Shown here one piece after another: positions 21,671-31,814 of a stretch of DNA of 32,000 nucleotides. Position 1 is the first letter of the stretch; each line of letters starts with the position of its first letter. The notes below the pieces were generated by a model. That model searched no databases and was not told the DNA's origin. It was given only the letters and a program-made list of their open reading frames with translations. This stretch comes from Synechococcus elongatus PCC 6301. GTDB taxonomy: Bacteria; Cyanobacteriota; Cyanobacteriia; Synechococcales; Synechococcaceae. The translations under genes were made by a program, and so were the position numbers. The stretch is from positions 390,001 to 422,000 of the forward strand of contig NC_006576.1 of the NCBI RefSeq assembly GCF_000010065.1, read 5' to 3'.

Positions 21671-22939
21671 TTAGCGATACCAGCGAGCCAGTTGTTGATC
21701 GCTGACCCCACAATGGTGCGCCAGTAGGATCAGCTGATTGAGCAACGTTGTTTGCAGCACTCCGCGTCGTTGCCAGCGTCGAGCAGAAGTCATCACAGCC
21801 GCTGAGGCGATCGCAATTGTGCCTTGGCGACGCAGTTGCCGCACGAAGCGATAGTCTTCCAACAGCGGCCCTGTACTGAAACCACCGATCGCTCGCCAGC
21901 GATCACGACTGAGAAATAGGGCTTGGTCGCCGTAGGGTTGCTGTAGCCAGTGGCTCCGCCAACGCACACCCCGTTCAATCCAGCGTAAGCGCCAGTCTGG
22001 GCTATCGATTTGGAGCTGAAATGCCCCAGCGACTACCTGCGGCGGTTGCAATGTTTGCAGCACATGCTCCCAAAAGCGGGGGGGTAGACGGGTATCGCCG
22101 TGCAGGAAAAGCAGGATGTTGCCGTGGGCTGCTGCGGCACCTTGGTTGAACTGTCGCCCCCGTCCAGCAGGGCTATGAATCACCTTGGCTCCCCAAGCTT
22201 GGGCGATCGCAACTGTTGCGTCTTGACTGCCACCATCGACGACTAAAGTCTCTACCGGGGCATCCCCGATCAAAGCCAAAGTTTGGGGCAGGTTTGCTGC
22301 TTCATTGAGGGTGGTGATAATCACCGACAGTTGCGGCTGGGGTTGCCAGAGATTGAGATCTTCAGGGCGATCAAGATCGGAGAGAGATTCGAGCTGTGCG
22401 ACTTGGAGATCTGCTACTTGAGCAGCTTCTAGGGTTTGTACCAAGACGCGATCGCTACCCCAGTCAATGTTTTGAAACAGTTGGGGTTGGGGTTGACTCA
22501 GACCGATCAGCCAATAGCCGCCGTCACTTGCGGGTCCAATCACGACATCCGCTTGCTGGAGAACCGCAAACGCCTCGTCCAGATGATGGGGCTCGATTTG
22601 AGGACAATCACTGCCGATGATCACGGTGCGATCGCAGCCTACTTGCCATGAATCCTGAAACGCTTGATGCAGGCGATCGCCCAAATCCCCCTCGGCTTGA
22701 GGCTGCACCTCAACCGCTCCTAGCCACTGCTGCCAAGCCTCGGATGTGCCGCCACTGGTGGCGATCAGCACTTCAGTTTGGGGCGATCGCGCTTGCCAGC
22801 AATGGGCCGTAAACACCGTCCACTCCGTCAACTGGCGCTGTAGATCAGCTGCTCCCTCGGGTCCCAGTGCCGGAATCAGCCGCGTCTTCGATCGCCCAGG
22901 TTCGGGATAGCGACTAAAGAGAATCAGGCGCTGACTCAT
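21671..22939 (-). CDS. Fusion of DUF2064 (TIGR04282-like) and family 2 glycosyltransferase (TIGR04283-like) domains
   Basis: N-term LILFSRYPEPGRSKTRLIPALGPEGAA, VIIGSDCPQIEPHHL and VIGPASDGGYWLIGL. C-term LSVIITTLNEAANLPQTLALIG...GRGRQFNQGAAAAHGNILLFLHGDTRLP. Confidence 0.88.
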   Translation of the reverse strand: MSQRLILFSRYPEPGRSKTRLIPALGPEGAADLQRQLTEWTVFTAHCWQARSPQTEVLIATSGGTSEAWQQWLGAVEVQPQAEGDLGDRLHQAFQDSWQVGCDRTVIIGSDCPQIEPHHLDEAFAVLQQADVVIGPASDGGYWLIGLSQPQPQLFQNIDWGSDRVLVQTLEAAQVADLQVAQLESLSDLDRPEDLNLWQPQPQLSVIITTLNEAANLPQTLALIGDAPVETLVVDGGSQDATVAIAQAWGAKVIHSPAGRGRQFNQGAAAAHGNILLFLHGDTRLPPRFWEHVLQTLQPPQVVAGAFQLQIDSPDWRLRWIERGVRWRSHWLQQPYGDQALFLSRDRWRAIGGFSTGPLLEDYRFVRQLRRQGTIAIASAAVMTSARRWQRRGVLQTTLLNQLILLAHHCGVSDQQLARWYR

Positions 22940-23106
22940 GAGAGCGCTGGAGCAGGCTGCTAAGGTTCACGGCAGGGCTGAGGCGATCGCAAACCGTCCA
23001 AGCCGACCTGTGTCAGTCTACAGCGGGCCAGCCTAGGCACTGTGAGCTCTGCCGGCGATCGCGCCGCTATGTTGAAATCAGCTTCAGTGTTGTTTGAGTC
23101 ATTGGC

Positions 23107-24657
23107 TTGAAACTTCTGCACCGTTGGTCTGTTCCTCTGACTCGACCGATCACCCCCTCCCCGCGATCGTGGCGGCTGTGGGGACTGACGCTGCTTTCGG
23201 GGCTAGCGATGGCGGCGGCCATGCCCCCACTGGGATTGTGGCCCCTAGCTTGGATAGCCTTGATTCCCCTCTGGCGATCGCTGTTACAGCCGGGCCAAAG
23301 TCTTCAGGCCCGCCAACAAGCCTGGCTATGGGCGGCGGCGTTTCAAGGGCCAACCCTGATCTGGATTACTGGCCTGCATCCCCTGACTTGGATGGGGCTG
23401 AGCTGGGGCACCAGTCTGGCGATCGCTTGGGGCTGCTGGCTGGTCATCACCGCTTGGGGCTTGGTGCAAACTCGAGTCTGGGTCTGGGCGGTGCAACGTT
23501 TGCCCCAACACTGCGGCCTACGGCTGGTAGGCGGCGTTGGCCTCGGGGGCTTGGTGGACTGGCTTTGGCAGCAGTCGCCGCTCTACTGGTCGCCCTTAGC
23601 ACTCAGTCAAAGTCCGGCCAACACTTGGCTGCTGCCCTTAGCTGAGTTGAGCGGTGCGGAGGGGTTGACCCTATTGATTGTGGCCGTCAATGGCCTACTG
23701 GCTTGGGCCAGCCTCAGTCGGCAGCGATCGCTGCTCGTGGGGGCGATCGCCCTCTGGTGCTGTGCCGAATTGACCGGTTGGGGGTTAGGTCAACTGCGTG
23801 CTGCGGATGGATCAGCACTGACGATCGGCTTGATTCAAGGCAATGTGCCAACTCGGATCAAAACCGGCCCGGAGGGCATCCTGCTGTCACGGCAGCGCTA
23901 CCGTCAGGGCTATCAACAACTGACTGAGGCGGGTGTTGATGCTGTGATCACCCCTGAAGGCTCTGACCCGACCCTCTGGCAAGCTGAGCGATCGCCTTGG
24001 GCACGTTGGTTGTCGCCTGAGTCTCCGCCCTTGCTGTTGGGAACCTATCTCCCGCAGGGCGATCGCTACTGGCAAAGTCTGCTGGCGCTGAAGCCTGGGG
24101 GGGCGATCGCCGGTCGCTACGACAAAGTTCGCCTCGTGCCCCTAGGGGAATATATTCCGGGCGAACGCTGGTTTGGGCGGTGGTTGCATCGGTTATCACC
24201 AATTCAACTGGGGATGCAGGCTGGCCGTTCAGATCAACGCTTTCAGACCCCCGTCGGGCAAATCGCCGCTGCTATTTGTTACGAGCTGGTTTTTCCTGAA
24301 GTGCTGCAATCGCAGGTACAGGCAGGTGCCACCTGGATTTTGTCGGCGGCGAACCTTGACCCCTACAACGAGCAGTTGATGAATCAGCATTTGGCGCTGG
24401 CAGCCTTGCGGGCGGCGGAAACCGATCGCTGGGTCGTGCAGGTTACGAACACGGGCTACTCCGCCCTGATCAATCCCTTGGGGCAGGTGCAATGGCGATC
24501 GCAACCTCGAATCTTTACGACTCAAGCTGTTCGCATAGCTCAGCGATCGAGCCAAACACCCTATGTTCGCTGGGGTGACAGCATGACACCGATCCTTCTC
24601 GTCAGCACTGTTCTCTGGCTGGGGTGGCGGCAGCGCTGGCCTAAACAAACCCTGTAG
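23107..24657 (+). CDS. lnt: Apolipoprotein N-acyltransferase
   Basis: GLIQGNVP...VITPEGSDPTL, YDKVRLVPLGEYIPGE, AAICYELVFPEVL and DRWVVQVTNTGYSALINPLGQV. Multiple N-term TM helices. Confidence 0.9.
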   Translation: MKLLHRWSVPLTRPITPSPRSWRLWGLTLLSGLAMAAAMPPLGLWPLAWIALIPLWRSLLQPGQSLQARQQAWLWAAAFQGPTLIWITGLHPLTWMGLSWGTSLAIAWGCWLVITAWGLVQTRVWVWAVQRLPQHCGLRLVGGVGLGGLVDWLWQQSPLYWSPLALSQSPANTWLLPLAELSGAEGLTLLIVAVNGLLAWASLSRQRSLLVGAIALWCCAELTGWGLGQLRAADGSALTIGLIQGNVPTRIKTGPEGILLSRQRYRQGYQQLTEAGVDAVITPEGSDPTLWQAERSPWARWLSPESPPLLLGTYLPQGDRYWQSLLALKPGGAIAGRYDKVRLVPLGEYIPGERWFGRWLHRLSPIQLGMQAGRSDQRFQTPVGQIAAAICYELVFPEVLQSQVQAGATWILSAANLDPYNEQLMNQHLALAALRAAETDRWVVQVTNTGYSALINPLGQVQWRSQPRIFTTQAVRIAQRSSQTPYVRWGDSMTPILLVSTVLWLGWRQRWPKQTL

Positions 24658-24695
24658 ATTGCAGAGAGAAACGCGCAGGGATAGGCGATCGCAGC

Positions 24696-26207
24696 ATGAC
24701 TGTCGGCATTTGGATTCTAGGCGATCAGCTGACTCTGCAGCATCCGGCACTGAGTTCCAGGGCAGTTGATCAGTCGCAGACACGAATTCTGTTGGTTGAA
24801 TCACTCGAACATGCTCAACGGCGACCCTACCACCGACAAAAGCTGGTGTTGCTTTGGTCGGCGATGCGTCACTTTGCAGACGAACTGCGATCGCAGGGCT
24901 GGACAGTGGACTATGTCGAGCAGGCAGATAGCTTTCAAACGGCCGTATCAGCTTGGTGCCAACAGTATCAAATTGCTGAGCTGCAGGTGATGGACCCCGC
25001 CGATCGCTCGTTTCGCGCAATTATCAGCAGTCTTGAATTGACCAGCAGTCTGCATTGGTTGCCAAATTGCCAATTTCTTTGGTCAACGGCTGAATTTACC
25101 GCTTGGGCCAAGCCCTATCGACAGCTCCGGCTCGAGAATTTTTATCGCGAAGGTCGCAAGCGCTGGCAAGTTTTACTGACTGAAGATCAGGAGCCTATCG
25201 GGGGGCAATGGAACTTTGATCCAGAGAATCGTAAGCCTCCTAAAACTGGGCTGCAGCCACCGCCAGCTGCTCATTTTTTGCCAGATGCGATCACGCAAAC
25301 AGTCATTGAAACTGTGCGATCGCTAGAGTTGCCTCTCTACGGAAAGCTGGAACCTTTTCATTGGCCGGTGACGCGATCGCAGGCATTGGAAGCCTTGGAT
25401 CAGTTTTTAACCGTTAAGCTCAAAACCTTTGGCCCTTATCAGGATGCGATGGTCAGCGGCCAAGCCACGATGTGGCATAGCTTGATTGCGCCAGCACTGA
25501 ACTTAGGACTGTTACATCCACTCGAAGTCATTCGCCAAACTGAACAGGCCTTCCACAATAATCAAGCTCCGATCGCCAGTGTTGAAGGCTTTATTCGCCA
25601 AATTCTGGGCTGGCGAGAATATATGTACGGTCTTCATCACTATTTCCCTGATACCTACGGGCAATCAAATTGGTTTGAGCACGATCGCCCTCTGCCTGAA
25701 TTCTTTTGGACGGGTCAAACCGATCTCCATTGCCTCCAACAGTGTTTTCAGCAGATTGAAGCGATCGGCTATAGCCATCACATTCAGCGGTTGATGATTC
25801 TCGCGAACCTTGCTTTGATTGCTGGACTTGATCCTTGGGCAGTCAAAGAGTGGTTTCAGGCAACCCATCTTGATGCCTACGACTGGGTGATGGAGACGAA
25901 TGTGCTCGGCATGGGACTTTTTGCAGATGGCGGAAAGCTTGCCTCAAAACCCTATGCAGCTTCAGCAAATTACATCAATCGGATGAGCAATTACTGTCAA
26001 AATTGTCGCTATGACCCTAAACAACGATTGGGCGATCGCGCTTGTCCTTTCAATGCACTGTACTGGGATTTTCTCGATCGCCACGAGCAAAAACTGCAAG
26101 CACAAGGACGCATGGGCTTAATTCTCAAACAGCTCCAAAAACTGCCAGACAGCGATCGGGCCGCAATTCGCGACCAAGCGGCTCACTGGCAAGCATCTTG
26201 GGATTAA
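24696..26207 (+). CDS. Cryptochrome/deoxyribodipyrimidine photolyase-related protein, Fe-S (FeS-BCP/PhrB-like) type
   Basis: 503 aa: WILGDQLTLQHPAL, ILGWREYMYGLHHY, WVMETNVLGMGLFADGGKLASKPYAASANYINRMSNYCQNCRYDPKQRLGDRACPFNALYWDFL. Confidence 0.9.
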   Translation: MTVGIWILGDQLTLQHPALSSRAVDQSQTRILLVESLEHAQRRPYHRQKLVLLWSAMRHFADELRSQGWTVDYVEQADSFQTAVSAWCQQYQIAELQVMDPADRSFRAIISSLELTSSLHWLPNCQFLWSTAEFTAWAKPYRQLRLENFYREGRKRWQVLLTEDQEPIGGQWNFDPENRKPPKTGLQPPPAAHFLPDAITQTVIETVRSLELPLYGKLEPFHWPVTRSQALEALDQFLTVKLKTFGPYQDAMVSGQATMWHSLIAPALNLGLLHPLEVIRQTEQAFHNNQAPIASVEGFIRQILGWREYMYGLHHYFPDTYGQSNWFEHDRPLPEFFWTGQTDLHCLQQCFQQIEAIGYSHHIQRLMILANLALIAGLDPWAVKEWFQATHLDAYDWVMETNVLGMGLFADGGKLASKPYAASANYINRMSNYCQNCRYDPKQRLGDRACPFNALYWDFLDRHEQKLQAQGRMGLILKQLQKLPDSDRAAIRDQAAHWQASWD

Positions 26208-26485
26208 TCAGAACTAACTCACTGAGCGATCGGGTCTCCTGAAAAAGCCCGCCTCCTCCACGGACTGATGGCGACATGAGTGCCTCCTTATTTAGGGGGA
26301 AGTCTCTCGTCCCTGAAATGTGAAGCAGTTTTGCTTCAGTCAATGGCAATCCTGGCTCTCAGCTTCAAAGCAAGGGTGGTTGATCTAGGCCACATGACGT
26401 CAGCAGATCCCGTCGCGAAATCCAAGAGACTGGTGAGGGGACTCGGCAGGACTGATAGGATCGAGCCGCATCCTGCTGCAGTGCT

Positions 26486-26968
26486 ATGAGTCGCTTTCGC
26501 ATCGGTAATGGCTACGATATCCATCGCTTGGTGGAGGGCCGTCCCCTCATCCTTGGGGGCATTCAACTAGAACACTCCCTTGGGCTGGATGGGCACAGTG
26601 ATGCCGATGTGCTGACCCACGCAATCATGGATGCCCTGCTCGGTGCCCTGAGTTTGGGCGATATTGGCCACTACTTTCCGCCGACGGATCCGCAGTGGAA
26701 AGGGGCCGATAGTCTGAAGCTGCTGGCTCAGGTGAATCAACTGATCCGCGATCGCGGCTGGACGATTGGCAACCTCGATTCTGTCGTGGTGGCAGAGCAA
26801 CCAAAACTAAAGCCCCACATCGCAGCGATGCGCGATCGCCTCGCGAAGGTGCTTGAGCTAGAGCCTGATCAGATTGGCATCAAAGCAACCACCAACGAAA
26901 AACTGGGGCCTACGGGGCGAGAAGAGGGAATCTGTGCCTATGCCGTGGCGCTCTTGGTTCGTGATTAA
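26486..26968 (+). CDS. ispF: 2-C-methyl-D-erythritol 2,4-cyclodiphosphate synthase
   Basis: [61 protein letters not shown]. Confidence 0.96.
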   Translation: MSRFRIGNGYDIHRLVEGRPLILGGIQLEHSLGLDGHSDADVLTHAIMDALLGALSLGDIGHYFPPTDPQWKGADSLKLLAQVNQLIRDRGWTIGNLDSVVVAEQPKLKPHIAAMRDRLAKVLELEPDQIGIKATTNEKLGPTGREEGICAYAVALLVRD

Positions 26969-28703
26969 CCTCCGCCGCTGGCTGGCTTTTTGTCTGGCGG
27001 CTGTGCTGCTAGTGGCCTGTGGTCGTGCGAGTGCACCGCCCCGTCAGCAGCTGATCGCCAGCGTACGTTTCGATCCCAAAACCTTCAACTACGCCTTAAA
27101 CGAGGAATCGCCCAACGTTTTTGGGCTGCTCTACGAAGGCCTTGTCCACGTCAATGGCTTTGATGGCAGCCTAAAACCTGGTCTGGCTGAGTCGTGGCAG
27201 ATTAGCCCTGATCGCCTGCAGGTGGTCTTTCAGTTGCGGCCCGATCTGCGCTGGTCCGATGGCCAGCCCTTGACGGCGGCAGACGTCGACTTCACCTACA
27301 ACCGCATCTACTTCAATCCCAAGGTGCCAACTGGCGCGCGGGATATTCTGCGGATCGACCAAGATTTACCAACGGTTAGGGCCGCGGGCGATCGCCAGGT
27401 GATTGTCCAGACGCCCCGCCCCTTTGCCCCGCTGCTGCGAAACATGGCACTGCCGATTTTGCCCCAGCATGCCCTTGCCACTTCGCTTGAGCAGACTGAT
27501 AGTCAGGGAAATCCGGCTTTTTTGAGCACTTGGGGTACGGAGACTGATCCAAAGCAAATTATTGTCAACGGCCCGTTTCGGTTACAGCGCTATCAACCGG
27601 GCCAACGGATTATTTTTGAACGGAATCCCTACTTTTATCAGCGCGATCGCGATGGGAGTCCGCTACCCAAAATCGATCGTCTCGTTTGGCAAATTGTCGA
27701 GAATTCCGACACCCAATTGCTACAGTTCCGCTCGGGCGATTTAGATGTTTTAGAGCCGATTCAGCCCGGTGATTTCTCGCTCTTAAAACGAGAAGAACAG
27801 CGTGGTAATTTCACAATCTATAGTGGTGGCCCTGAACCGCTGACCGTTTATCTAACCTTTAATCTCAACCAAGGGCGGCGCAAGGGTAAACCTCTTGTCG
27901 ATCCGATCAAATCAGCTTGGTTTAATGATGTTCGTTTCCGCCAAGCGATCGCCTACGCCATCGATCGCCCCGCGATCGTCGATACGGCTTATCGCGGCTT
28001 AGGTGTAGTTGTCAACTCATTGATCATTCCCCAGAGTCCCTTTTATCTCAGCCCCGAGGAGGGATTACCGGTCTATAACTTCAATCAGCAAAAGGCGGAA
28101 GCACTGCTGAAAGAGGCAGGATTTCAAACAGATGCGGATGGTCAACTGCGCGATCGCCAGGGCAATCCTGTTCGCTTCACCGTCATCACCAATGCTGAGA
28201 ATCCTGTACGTGTCGCCATGGGTGCCCGGATTAAGGGCGATCTGGCCCGTCTGGGGATTCAGGTCGACTTTACGCCGATCGCTTTTAGTAGTGTGATCGA
28301 TCGCCTGAGTAATCAGTTGGATTGGGAAGGTTTGATTCTTGGACTGACCAGCAACATTGAACCTAACAGTGGTGCGAATGTATGGAATCCTCAAGGCAGT
28401 TTACACCTGTTTAATCAGCAGCCCAGTGAGAGCCAAGCACCCATTGAGGGTCAACAAGTTGCCCCTTGGGAAGCTGAAATCTATCGCTTATTTGTTGCTG
28501 CGGCCCAGGAACTGAATGACGATCGCCGCAAGGAAATCTATGGTCAAGCTCAGCGTCTTGCCCAGCAATATTTACCTTTTATCTATCTGGTCAATCGCCA
28601 ACAAATTGCCGCTGTCCGCAACACAGTCACCCCTATTCAGTTCTCAGAGTTGGGCGGTGCGCTTTGGAATACAGAATTCGTATCGGTAAGTGCTGATGAT
28701 TGA
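26961..28703 (+). CDS. ABC transporter peptide-binding lipoprotein (SBP_bac_5 family)
   Basis: GTG at 26961 gives [21 protein letters not shown] (lipobox). Body has [46 protein letters not shown]. Start overlaps the ispF stop by 8 nt. Confidence 0.88.
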   Translation: MINLRRWLAFCLAAVLLVACGRASAPPRQQLIASVRFDPKTFNYALNEESPNVFGLLYEGLVHVNGFDGSLKPGLAESWQISPDRLQVVFQLRPDLRWSDGQPLTAADVDFTYNRIYFNPKVPTGARDILRIDQDLPTVRAAGDRQVIVQTPRPFAPLLRNMALPILPQHALATSLEQTDSQGNPAFLSTWGTETDPKQIIVNGPFRLQRYQPGQRIIFERNPYFYQRDRDGSPLPKIDRLVWQIVENSDTQLLQFRSGDLDVLEPIQPGDFSLLKREEQRGNFTIYSGGPEPLTVYLTFNLNQGRRKGKPLVDPIKSAWFNDVRFRQAIAYAIDRPAIVDTAYRGLGVVVNSLIIPQSPFYLSPEEGLPVYNFNQQKAEALLKEAGFQTDADGQLRDRQGNPVRFTVITNAENPVRVAMGARIKGDLARLGIQVDFTPIAFSSVIDRLSNQLDWEGLILGLTSNIEPNSGANVWNPQGSLHLFNQQPSESQAPIEGQQVAPWEAEIYRLFVAAAQELNDDRRKEIYGQAQRLAQQYLPFIYLVNRQQIAAVRNTVTPIQFSELGGALWNTEFVSVSADD

Positions 28704-29478
28704 TTCACAGGCACTACAAACCCTCCTAGAAGGGGTGGCAACCGGGGCGATCGCCCCTCAACAAGCCTTGGAACAACTGCGCTATCTCGACACTGAAACG
28801 ATCAGTGACTTTGCTCGGATTGACCACCATCGGCAGTTGCGCACCGGGTTCCCCGAAGTCATCTGGGGGCAAGACAAGACCACTGAGCAAATCCTGACGC
28901 TCTTTCGCGCCTATGCGGCCCGCAACCAAGCTGCGATCGCTACGCGCATTGAGCCCGATCGCATTCCCCGACTTCAGGCACAGTTGCCCGAACTGACCTA
29001 CGACTCGATCGCTCGCATCGCTGCCCTGCAACCTCAGCTCCCCCAACCGCAACCGGGACGTTTGGCGGTTGTCAGTGCAGGCACTTCCGATCTACCCGTG
29101 GCAGAAGAAGCCGCAGTCGTGGCTGAACTCTGGGGATTCCGCGTCGATCGCATTCGCGATGTGGGTGTGGCGGGACTGCACCGTCTCTTGGCCGAGCGAT
29201 CGCGACTCGATCAAGCCGATGTGCTGATTGTGGTGGCGGGTATGGAGGGGGCGCTGCCCAGTGTGATTGCTGGCTTAGTAGCCTGCCCAATTATTGCAGT
29301 GCCCACCAGCGTTGGCTATGGTGCTAGTTTCCAAGGTTTAGCAGCCCTGCTCTCAATGCTAAACAGTTGTGCACCCGGCATGGGTGTGGTCAATATTGAC
29401 AATGGATTTGGAGCTGCTCAACTAGCTGGGCGGATCCTCCGCCGTCTGCATCGACTGGGAAGAAGCGACGACCAATGA
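28690..29478 (+). CDS. larB: LarB-like protein (nickel pincer cofactor biosynthesis; PurE-related)
   Basis: FPEVIWGQDKTTEQI, VVSAGTSDLPVAEEAAVVAELWG, VAGMEGALPSVIAGLVACPIIAVPTSVGYGASFQGLAALLSMLNSCAPGMGVVNIDNGFGAA. Confidence 0.92.
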   Translation: MLMIDSQALQTLLEGVATGAIAPQQALEQLRYLDTETISDFARIDHHRQLRTGFPEVIWGQDKTTEQILTLFRAYAARNQAAIATRIEPDRIPRLQAQLPELTYDSIARIAALQPQLPQPQPGRLAVVSAGTSDLPVAEEAAVVAELWGFRVDRIRDVGVAGLHRLLAERSRLDQADVLIVVAGMEGALPSVIAGLVACPIIAVPTSVGYGASFQGLAALLSMLNSCAPGMGVVNIDNGFGAAQLAGRILRRLHRLGRSDDQ

Positions 29479-30032
29479 GCCTAAACGCCTTTCATTACTT
29501 TTTTGACTGCTGTGTCGGCAGTTGGAGCACTGAGCGCACCTATCACTACCTCAGTCGCCAAGAAGTCGAGCGATCGTATACAGAATTCGCGGTGCGATCG
29601 CTCTCCGCCGAGACAAAAGCGCAAGTTCTGACGGCCAACGCTCTAACCGCAGATCAGGCTTTAGAAAAACTGCTCGGATTCTGCCTCGGCTTTCACACGG
29701 TTTCGGAACACGGCGAAGAAGTCAGCCAAGAACTGAACATGCTGTTTGTGCCTCGAAGCACAGAAGACGGCTGGTTGGTGGGCGACTACCTACGCGATCG
29801 TGCTTACGAAGAAGCGCGTCCCATTATCTCCGCTTTTCGCTTCAACCCTGACAGCCGCGAACTCCTGATGACTACGCGCTACACCCGCACAATTTCTGTC
29901 GATTCGATCACGCTGGTCAATCCTCGCCTGCGAGTGCGTCGCATTTTGAATTACGTCCGACCGGCCAGCGACGATCAACCCCTGGATACGCTTTCCCTAG
30001 TCGGCTTTGGGGTCGAGCAAAAAACAGATTGA
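29475..30032 (+). CDS. Phycobiliprotein chromophore lyase, CpcS/CpeS family
   Basis: 185 aa: FFDCCVGSWSTERTYHYLSRQEVERSYTEF...GWLVGDYLRDRAYEE...DSITLVNPRLRVRRILNYVR. Subfamily (cpcS or cpcU) not resolved. Confidence 0.78.
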   Translation: MSLNAFHYFFDCCVGSWSTERTYHYLSRQEVERSYTEFAVRSLSAETKAQVLTANALTADQALEKLLGFCLGFHTVSEHGEEVSQELNMLFVPRSTEDGWLVGDYLRDRAYEEARPIISAFRFNPDSRELLMTTRYTRTISVDSITLVNPRLRVRRILNYVRPASDDQPLDTLSLVGFGVEQKTD

Positions 30033-30042
30033 GAGCTGGCTA

Positions 30043-31368
30043 TTACAATTGCTGCGGTGGACTGAAGACCAGTTGCAATTGCAACGACCACTCGCGTCGC
30101 GATCGCCGTTGGAGTTGAATCTCGCGGATAAATTCCCGAAAGAAAAAGCGCCGCTCCACTTCCGAAAGATCCTGCCAGAACTGGGGAATAGCAACGGCTT
30201 GCACCAATTCCGGCAGATTGACGGGCGAGAGTTGGGCTTGGCGATCGCGAAGTTGCACCAGTTCCGTTTGAAGCTGAAGCCGTCGGATAGCAGCTGTCTC
30301 CGCGTCGAGGATGCCCCGCGCTTCTAAATCTGGCAGTTCAACGCTCAGAATCTGCTGCAGTTCCGCTTGGCGACTAGCGATCGCAGACTTAGCCGGATTT
30401 TGCTCTGGTTGACCCAGTGCTGAAACCGCGATCGGGAGTTCCTGGCAAATGGTTTGAATCACCGTTTGCAGGCACATATCGTAGGCGATCGCGCTGCAAC
30501 GCGGGCTTTGTTGACAGGCAGCAGGCGATCGCAGATAAAGGTATTCACGGTCGCTGCGGTGGGGTTTGGTGCTGCCAACAATTAGATGCGCCTGACAGGT
30601 TTGGCATTGCACCAGTCCGGCCAAGCAACGGGGTGCACTGGCAGTTTTGGGGGGGAGGCGTCGATTGCGCCGCAAAATGCGATCGATCTGCGCGGCTTCT
30701 TCTCGCGATACCAAGGCGGGATGGGTGTCGGCCACGATCGCTCCACTGCCGTAGACCAAATCGCCGCGATAGGCCGGATGACTCAGCCAGCGGCGCACGG
30801 TCATGACTGCGATCGCCCGCTGATGTTTTTGCGAGACATAGCGGGCAGCCCCTCGCAGGGAGCCATAAATCAGGAAATGCGCGACCCCATCTCGCACCAG
30901 TGCAGCTGCAGCCCGATCGATCGCATAGCGATCTTTGCCGCGACGGTAGCCAAAGGGCGCAGGGCCGGGAGGTGGCAAGGCTTGCAATCGATTTCGGGCA
31001 TGACCAGCTTTTAACCGATCGCGTTGCTGCGATCGCTGTACTTCGGCCCAAAGTGGCAGTAAATCCAGTCCAGCAGCGGAATCGAGGGGGAGAGGTTCGT
31101 CTAAACCTACGATTTGCACTTGCACGGACTGTTGCTGACAGTGCTTCAGAACGGGCAACAAGGCATCAAGGCGATCGCCCAGATCGTGGAGTTGCCGAAG
31201 CCAAAGGCGATCGCCCGGCTGCAATTCCGTCAATAGCTGCTGTAACTGAGGGCGATCGGGGGCGGGCAATCGGTCACAAAAAACCCGATCGGGGGACTCT
31301 GGCCAAGTCTCGAGGGCAACCAGCGTTTCCCAAGTCGGATTCAAAGCGTAGTAGGCGACGATCGCCAC
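30043..31368 (-). CDS. Large serine recombinase family protein (XisF-like architecture), probably with a degenerate catalytic site
   Basis: 441 aa: resolvase-like N-term domain, PFGYRRGKDRYAID linker typical of the recombinase domain, zinc-ribbon-like CLAGLVQCQTCQAHL...CQQSPRCSAIAY and coiled-coil ASRQAELQQILSVELPDLEARG. Confidence 0.82.
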   Translation of the reverse strand: MAIVAYYALNPTWETLVALETWPESPDRVFCDRLPAPDRPQLQQLLTELQPGDRLWLRQLHDLGDRLDALLPVLKHCQQQSVQVQIVGLDEPLPLDSAAGLDLLPLWAEVQRSQQRDRLKAGHARNRLQALPPPGPAPFGYRRGKDRYAIDRAAAALVRDGVAHFLIYGSLRGAARYVSQKHQRAIAVMTVRRWLSHPAYRGDLVYGSGAIVADTHPALVSREEAAQIDRILRRNRRLPPKTASAPRCLAGLVQCQTCQAHLIVGSTKPHRSDREYLYLRSPAACQQSPRCSAIAYDMCLQTVIQTICQELPIAVSALGQPEQNPAKSAIASRQAELQQILSVELPDLEARGILDAETAAIRRLQLQTELVQLRDRQAQLSPVNLPELVQAVAIPQFWQDLSEVERRFFFREFIREIQLQRRSRREWSLQLQLVFSPPQQL

Positions 31369-31814
31369 GACCGTCCGTCAGTAGGCTACTTTTTCAGCCA
31401 GCTAAGCATAGCCCGCGGTTTTTTGCCCACCGACCCGATCGGATGCTCAGCTTCTAGGTAGCGAATGACGGTCATTTCAAGCCAAGGCGGATCCGAGCAG
31501 CCAACTAAACTCTGATTTAGTTAGAGACTCAACTGACATCGATCGCCATCAACCGGATCGCACCCTTGAGGATCACTGCGATCGCAGCACTGCCACACTT
31601 CTTGTCACTATCAGCGGTAGAAGCAGGGGAAACACTCTAAGAAACCTATCGACAATTGTGGTCACAATTAGGCGTGCAATTGGATGGCGATCGCCCGCCC
31701 GCTCACAACTTGTTATTAACGCGGCAGTGGTTATTTATTGTTCCGCTTAGTCGTGAAAGCCACCTGCCGATTAACGTCAATGCCTTGGGTTTCGCGGATC
31801 GCACCCGAAAGGCC

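Noticed and set aside
23094-23645. 183 aa plus-strand ORF
   Set aside because: Overlaps lnt in another frame; the lnt frame has real motifs.
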